A stretch of DNA of 64,000 nt from the NCBI GenBank assembly GCA_021513715.1, contig CP084167.1, forward strand, positions 160,001-224,000, written 5' to 3'. Position numbers and translations under genes: made by a program. The stretch is from Candidatus Heimdallarchaeum endolithica. GTDB lineage: Archaea > Asgardarchaeota > Heimdallarchaeia > Heimdallarchaeales > Heimdallarchaeaceae. Each line of letters begins with the position of its first letter. The first letter of the stretch is position 1. Shown here one piece after another: positions 58,717 to 64,000 of the stretch. Under the pieces are notes generated by a model. The model was not told the DNA's origin. It searched no databases and worked only from the letters and a program-made list of their open reading frames with translations.

Positions 58717-59823
58717 TTAGATTTCATTTAAAAAGAAACATCTCAGCATTTTCTTACCAAAATTGTTAGGTTGTAAACATCTTAAACAATCAATGCAAGC
58801 TGAACGGCTTTGTCCGTTTTTTAATTTTGCAGGAAAATCAGGTTCTATAATAAATGGTTTACTCATTGAAATTAAGTCAACAATTTTGTTATCGAGTAAA
58901 GCATCCATTGTTTCTTTTGTCCGTATTCCATCAACAAGAGCAAGTGGAGTGTTTTTAATCTCTTTTTTTATTCTCATTGCATGACCGCCAAATGTTGGTT
59001 GTTCCAAAGGCGACTTTCCTTTACTTGAATCTACATATCGCGCTCTTTTCTTTCTAATTTCTCTATTTTCTTCAGGTCCTCCTCCTGATATTTCAATAAA
59101 GCTGATTGAATTTTTTGACAACCATTTCATTACTTGAATTGATTGTTCTATTGTCAATCCCCCTTCTGTAGCAAAATCATCACTGTTGATTTTTACACCT
59201 ACCACTTCATCTTTTCCTATTCTATCTCTAATTGCTAAATAGACATCTAGTAGTAAACGAGCTCTATTTTCTAAACTTCCACCATATTCATCTTTTCTTT
59301 TATTAACAATATCAGATAAAAATTGGCTTATTAGGTATCCATGAGCTGCATGAATTTGTACTCCATCAAAACCTGCTTCTAAAGCAAATTCTGCTGAATC
59401 AGCAAAATCATTGATTATTTTTTTTATTTCAGCCATAGAAGCTTGTCTAGATTGCCATTTTTCAGATCTGTACTTTGATGCACTAATTCTGTCATCTCTA
59501 CAATAGTATCCTCCATGGTTCAATTGAGCAATAATTGGAGTATCATAAGTATGAACAATTTCAGTTAACATTTTCATTTTTTTAACATGCTCATTGTTAC
59601 ATAATCCAGATTGCCTTTGGTGAGCTTTTGCTTTTTCATTAATATATGAATGACCTTTGATAATTAATCCTACTCCCCCTTTTGCAAGTTTCTCATAGTA
59701 GTCAAAAATAGGTTCTGTAAGTAAGCCATCGTTTGTTGACCAATATGAAGTAGTTGCTGACCTTACTAATCTATTTTTTAGTTCAAGTTTTCCTAGTTTA
59801 AAGGGAGTAAATATTTTACTCAT
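58717..59823 (-). CDS. NADH:flavin oxidoreductase (Old Yellow Enzyme family)
   Basis: LKNRLVRSAT, QLNHGG, GFDGVQIHAAHGYLISQF; start placed at ATG 59823. Confidence 0.9.
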   Translation of the reverse strand: MSKIFTPFKLGKLELKNRLVRSATTSYWSTNDGLLTEPIFDYYEKLAKGGVGLIIKGHSYINEKAKAHQRQSGLCNNEHVKKMKMLTEIVHTYDTPIIAQLNHGGYYCRDDRISASKYRSEKWQSRQASMAEIKKIINDFADSAEFALEAGFDGVQIHAAHGYLISQFLSDIVNKRKDEYGGSLENRARLLLDVYLAIRDRIGKDEVVGVKINSDDFATEGGLTIEQSIQVMKWLSKNSISFIEISGGGPEENREIRKKRARYVDSSKGKSPLEQPTFGGHAMRIKKEIKNTPLALVDGIRTKETMDALLDNKIVDLISMSKPFIIEPDFPAKLKNGQSRSACIDCLRCLQPNNFGKKMLRCFFLNEI

Positions 59824-59975
59824 GTAATGCTTTGATTTTTGCTTGTTTTTTAATTTTTCTAGGATAAAAATAAATTTCACTTAAATTTACCTTTCAAATA
59901 AATATTTTAATTCATTAAAATGATATATCTTATTGAATTACTGATAAAAAGAAAAATATTCTTTTTAACATACTA

Positions 59976-60979
59976 AAGCATGTCCAAAAATTAATTTTTA
60001 TTAATGTGGGGGTTTATGTCGGAAGTATGAATTTCTTTCAGATCATAGACCCCCACAAAGCAAGAGAATTCATAATCATTAATGAACCTTTCCTTAAGAA
60101 ACTGGTGAAAGAGGAACCGAGAGAAAGCAAGAGAGGGAGAAAGAGAATAGCAGAAAGATGGGTGATACTGGCTTTAGCAATCATTGCTAGAATAGAAGGG
60201 ATAGCTTGGAGGAAGTTAGAGGAAAAGTTGTCTTTATGCGATTTTTTGATAGAAGAGGGGTGGATGAAGAAGATTCCTTCTAAATCTACTTTTCATGCAG
60301 TGTGGAGAGCGACAGAAAGTAAAATCTTAGAGCAGTGGATAATAGATTTAGGTAGGGAAATAGTGAGGAAAAAAGGCTTGAAAGCTATGGCAGTGGATAG
60401 TTCAGGGTTTAAAATCCGTCAAGCTTCTGTTTGGCGTTTTCTCAAATGGTCAAGAGGGACACTAAAGAAAACCTCTAAACTTTTCTGGAAGATACACCTT
60501 ATAGTTGGTTTACCCTCTCGAGCTATAGTCTCTCTCGCTCATTCTGCTAGTAACACTCACGATAGTAAAGTCTTCGGTTTACTCTGGCAGAAACTTCCTT
60601 CTGCACTCTTGAGACCTTTCTTGCGATTTTATGGAGACTGTGCCTACTGGACAGAAAATATCGTTGGACTTCTTAGCCAACATTCCTTTTTCCCTGTTAT
60701 TCCCCCAAAAAGTAATGCTCGTTATCCCTCTCCTCCTCCCCTCGGACCAATAGTTCAAGCTCATCGTCTCTACCCTGGTCTGTATCGTCGTAATCATCAT
60801 CCCGAGTATCGTAGTAGTATTGAACACGTCTTTGGTCTCCTTAAACTCTCTCTTCCCCCAATCCTTGATCGTTTACCCTCCACCATCCTCTCTACCTTGT
60901 ACAGTTCTCTTCTCTGTTACAACTACCTTTTACTCCTTCGGACCGTTTAGTTGGTGAAAAAGAATTTTTGGACATGCTT
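59976..60979 (+). mobile_element. Insertion sequence, copy 2, 1004 bp
   Basis: Same 17-bp TIR; 6-bp TSD ATACTA. Confidence 0.93.
60006..60950 (+). CDS. DDE transposase (paralog of 48390-49334)
   Basis: Same motifs; about 14 aa differences by manual count. Confidence 0.9.
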   Translation: MGVYVGSMNFFQIIDPHKAREFIIINEPFLKKLVKEEPRESKRGRKRIAERWVILALAIIARIEGIAWRKLEEKLSLCDFLIEEGWMKKIPSKSTFHAVWRATESKILEQWIIDLGREIVRKKGLKAMAVDSSGFKIRQASVWRFLKWSRGTLKKTSKLFWKIHLIVGLPSRAIVSLAHSASNTHDSKVFGLLWQKLPSALLRPFLRFYGDCAYWTENIVGLLSQHSFFPVIPPKSNARYPSPPPLGPIVQAHRLYPGLYRRNHHPEYRSSIEHVFGLLKLSLPPILDRLPSTILSTLYSSLLCYNYLLLLRTV

Positions 60980-61121
60980 ATACTAAATAAAAAACAATAT
61001 TCCTTTTAACAACTTCACCATCATCTTAATTTTTATTCATAATATCCACGTTTTTCTCAAAGATTGTTAGGAAAAAAGTGAATAATCTAAATTTCTATGA
61101 TTTATTTCTCAAAAACCTTTT

Positions 61122-63206
61122 CTAAATATGAACAGCTCCTTCGTATAACATCAAGTTTTCTCCAAAAACATTTTTAACTTCTTCATTAATTTTTAATGCT
61201 ATTTTAGGGTTTAATTCTCCAATATATTGTTGAGGAAGTTCGATATCTTGTAGATTTTGAGTTAGTCGATGAATTTTTCTTCTTAAAATAAAACTATCTT
61301 TTGAAGATAAAATAATTACACTAAAGTTTCTTTTAGGACTATGCTCCATTATTATCTTATTGTTTCCATAACTAATGATCATTACTTTACTTTGCATTGG
61401 ATTAGAGAATAACTCTTCTATCATATCTTTTACTGCAACGATAAAACCTCCAAACATCAATTCATCTCTAAATTGGCTGGATCTTTTGATTGTATAGTTC
61501 AGTAGAGGGATTCCTGAAGGATGAACTATTAAAAGTGCTAATATCGAAGTTCTTAATTCTTTTTCATACTCTGATAATTGTCTAATGCTAATACTTTCCA
61601 TTTCTTTTATTTCAAATTGGAAAGTTTCCTTTTGAAATGATGTTTCTGTTTTATCTCTTGAAAAAAGTTCTTCAAGTTCATTTATTCTATTTTCTATTAA
61701 ATGGTAATATTTATCCTTCTTTCTTTCTTTTTTAGTTAAATTTAAGCGATCTTTTGCTTTTTGTAGAATATTAAAAGAATTAGTATATTTTCCTTTTAAT
61801 GCGTATATTTTTGAAAGAACCAAGAGGATTATTACATGTTCTATTGTCTTATTTAACTCTTCATAGAATGGTTCTAAATCAGTTATGTATTGTTTTGCTT
61901 TTTCTAAGTATTCTTCTTCTTGAAAAGAATCATATTGCTTTAAATTTACCAAAGATAGTTGAAGAAGTATTTTTGCAGAGAAAAATCCTGTTCCTCTTGT
62001 ATCACTTATAGACAATGCTTTCTCCAGGTATTCACTTGCTTTTCCATAATTCATATTATCAATTTCTAAAAGAGCACTAAAGAGATTGTAATAACCGTGA
62101 ATGAATCCTTCTTTCTTTTTATTAGTTTCTTGAAGAAAATTCATTATTATTTTCATTTTTTCTTTGTTGCCCAGAAAATAATAGAGTTCACCTAAAGAGC
62201 AATAAACCTGTAGTTCATGTGCGTTAATTTGTTCTAATATACTAACAGATTCTTCATATAATTCTAAGGCTGATTGAAAATCTCCTTTAGCTATAGCAAT
62301 TTCTCCTAGAGAAAAATGTATTAAAGATTGATTCTTATAATCACCTACTTCCAAAAAAATCGAGAGTGATTCTTTTAGCAACTTCTCAGCTTTATCTAGC
62401 TCATATCTAATTGTGCAAATTGTTGCCAGATTTGCTTTTGCTGCAGCTATACCTCTTTTAGCTCCTACAGCTTTATAGTATTTTATTGCTTCACTTATAA
62501 ACTCAAATGAATCAGAGATTCGTCCTACATATCTGTAAATTACTCCTCGTATATTATACAACCTTCCAAGATGATAACGATCTCCTAGTTCCTTTGCAAT
62601 CTGAAAAGCTACATCAATTTTGTTTTCAAGTTTTAAAAGAGGTGCAGATATTCTCTCTTTCCAAATGTCAATAGCATGAGCAAAAAGAAGGAGGTCATTT
62701 ATAACGAACTTTTCTTTATCTAAATCCTTATGAAAAATGATTGATTCATGATAAAGTTCTTGCATATAATGCCTATATTGATTTTCACTTTCCATATTTG
62801 CATATGCATTAGCTAATAGAGAATAGCAATGCAACCTAACTATTTTTTCTTCAGGATTCTTGTTTAGTATTTTCAAAGCAATATTAATTACTTTATCATT
62901 TTCTGTTCTTCTTATTAGAGCGTTCCCCCACCATAACTCAATACTTTCGCTCTGATACTTATCAAGAAGTTCTTCAAGAAGATTATAATTACTAGAAATG
63001 AATAGAACTTTGCCTAGTGAATATAAGAAATAAAGTGAAGGAGAAGAGAGATTATCTAAAACTTCCAAAAGAATATCTTTCAATACATCCATTGAAGTTT
63101 TTTTATTTACTTTTGATGAATAATTATTTATCATATCCTGTTCTTCTCTGGTGAAAAGAGGAATATAATGACTATATTCCCTAGGAAAACTGTATGCTAC
63201 TGACAT
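61122..63206 (-). CDS. TPR-repeat protein with C-terminal longin-like domain
   Basis: Clear TPRs (LYNIRGVIY, FSLGEI, CSLGELY); LLIVHPSGIPL...DELMFGGFIVAV...FSVIILS. Confidence 0.75.
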   Translation of the reverse strand: MSVAYSFPREYSHYIPLFTREEQDMINNYSSKVNKKTSMDVLKDILLEVLDNLSSPSLYFLYSLGKVLFISSNYNLLEELLDKYQSESIELWWGNALIRRTENDKVINIALKILNKNPEEKIVRLHCYSLLANAYANMESENQYRHYMQELYHESIIFHKDLDKEKFVINDLLLFAHAIDIWKERISAPLLKLENKIDVAFQIAKELGDRYHLGRLYNIRGVIYRYVGRISDSFEFISEAIKYYKAVGAKRGIAAAKANLATICTIRYELDKAEKLLKESLSIFLEVGDYKNQSLIHFSLGEIAIAKGDFQSALELYEESVSILEQINAHELQVYCSLGELYYFLGNKEKMKIIMNFLQETNKKKEGFIHGYYNLFSALLEIDNMNYGKASEYLEKALSISDTRGTGFFSAKILLQLSLVNLKQYDSFQEEEYLEKAKQYITDLEPFYEELNKTIEHVIILLVLSKIYALKGKYTNSFNILQKAKDRLNLTKKERKKDKYYHLIENRINELEELFSRDKTETSFQKETFQFEIKEMESISIRQLSEYEKELRTSILALLIVHPSGIPLLNYTIKRSSQFRDELMFGGFIVAVKDMIEELFSNPMQSKVMIISYGNNKIIMEHSPKRNFSVIILSSKDSFILRRKIHRLTQNLQDIELPQQYIGELNPKIALKINEEVKNVFGENLMLYEGAVHI

Positions 63207-63287
63207 TCTTATTTACATTATATTAACTAATCTTAAAAATATTATCTTGTTGCGTCTACAAGAAAAAGTGTTCAAGAGTATTAGTAA

Positions 63288-64000
63288 TTAATTTTTTTTG
63301 ACTTTAAACAGTTTCTCAACAAATGAATCAATATCTCTTAAAGCAAGTTCATCAATTTTACCGAAATATTTTTCTTTAAACAAGCTTTTTGAAGCTACAA
63401 AATTAACTAATTGATGCATCTTCCTACGTAATAAGAAACTATCTCTAACTGTAAGAATTACAATTGAAAACAAATTTTTGTAAAACTCAATCAAAAGTTT
63501 ATACTGCCCATGATCAACACTTAAAGACTTTGATTCTTGTGAATAGAATAATTCATCAAGTAAATGTCTTATTGCTGAAACAAAACCACCAAAAATCATA
63601 TCGTCACTTATATATAACTCTTCAGAGCGATAGGTTCGAATAGGGATACCGCTTGAATGAAAGATTAATACAGCTATTGTTATACTTTCAATAGGAGAAC
63701 CTAGTTTTTTAGTTTGTCTAATAAGAATTTGAAAAATTGTATCGATATCTTCCTTAAAATCAATATAAGCAGTTTCTGTTTCAGCAATAGTCTCTGAATT
63801 TAAACATTTACTAATCTCTGTTATATTTTCTTCATATTTATTAATAAGTTCTGGAAAATACTGTCTAGCTATATTCTCTCCAGTTTTCAATAAAAATAAA
63901 GAAGTTTCAAAGTCTAAAAGTATTTTTCTTATTTTAGCTCGAATTAAATATATCTGAGCAAGTTCTTTGAATTTCGCCTTTTCTTCTAAAAATGTGATTA
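63288..64000 (-). CDS. 3' part of a fourth (TPR)-longin-like protein; 5' end outside the window
   Basis: Frame stays open from 63890 to the window edge; LIFHSSGIPI...DDMIFGGFVSAI...DSFLLRRKMH matches neighbour. Confidence 0.75.
   Translation of the reverse strand, partial: ITFLEEKAKFKELAQIYLIRAKIRKILLDFETSLFLLKTGENIARQYFPELINKYEENITEISKCLNSETIAETETAYIDFKEDIDTIFQILIRQTKKLGSPIESITIAVLIFHSSGIPIRTYRSEELYISDDMIFGGFVSAIRHLLDELFYSQESKSLSVDHGQYKLLIEFYKNLFSIVILTVRDSFLLRRKMHQLVNFVASKSLFKEKYFGKIDELALRDIDSFVEKLFKVKKN

Noticed and set aside
48360-60979. Composite transposon bounded by the two IS copies
   Set aside because: Each copy has its own matched TSD, and the cargo is housekeeping (asnS)
1946-62011. 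Numerous short ORFs overlapping long genes on the opposite strand (e.g. 1946-2353, 9682-9954, 31562-31855, 48422-48667, 60579-60827)
   Set aside because: Antisense shadows of well-supported CDSs

Overview
AT-rich archaeal chromosomal segment, most likely from an Asgard archaeon (Heimdallarchaeia-like). This is inferred from a Rab-like GTPase with all five RabF motifs, four TPR-longin proteins, a RING-helicase fusion, a PCI-like membrane protein, a histone and a TFB paralog. Housekeeping and metabolic content: redox cluster (Bcp, nitroreductase, Grx-FTR fusion), TldD/TldE, acyl-CoA ligase, a group 3b [NiFe] sulfhydrogenase operon with maturation protease, an ABC/FtsX exporter, Sat-CysC (PAPS synthase), PorA/PorB, SfsA, AsnRS, a sulfotransferase and an Old Yellow Enzyme. 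Two intact 1004-bp IS4/IS5-type elements are present (17-bp TIRs, 6-bp TSDs). The most striking unannotated features are: (1) a 375-bp non-coding element (33589-33963) splitting a tauE gene at a CATG direct repeat, with sub-terminal inverted repeats, its own TATA box, a ~200-nt structured RNA (tRNA-like mini-domain plus pseudoknot) and a 10-nt copy of its target flank; (2) a box C/D sRNA (40770-40835) whose guide resembles eukaryotic snR38/SNORD1; (3) a threonine-synthase pseudoenzyme (PLP Lys to Arg) fused to a PadR domain; (4) a beta-helix surface-protein gene and a small ORF missed by the ORF track. All family calls are from motif recognition by eye; no database searches were run.
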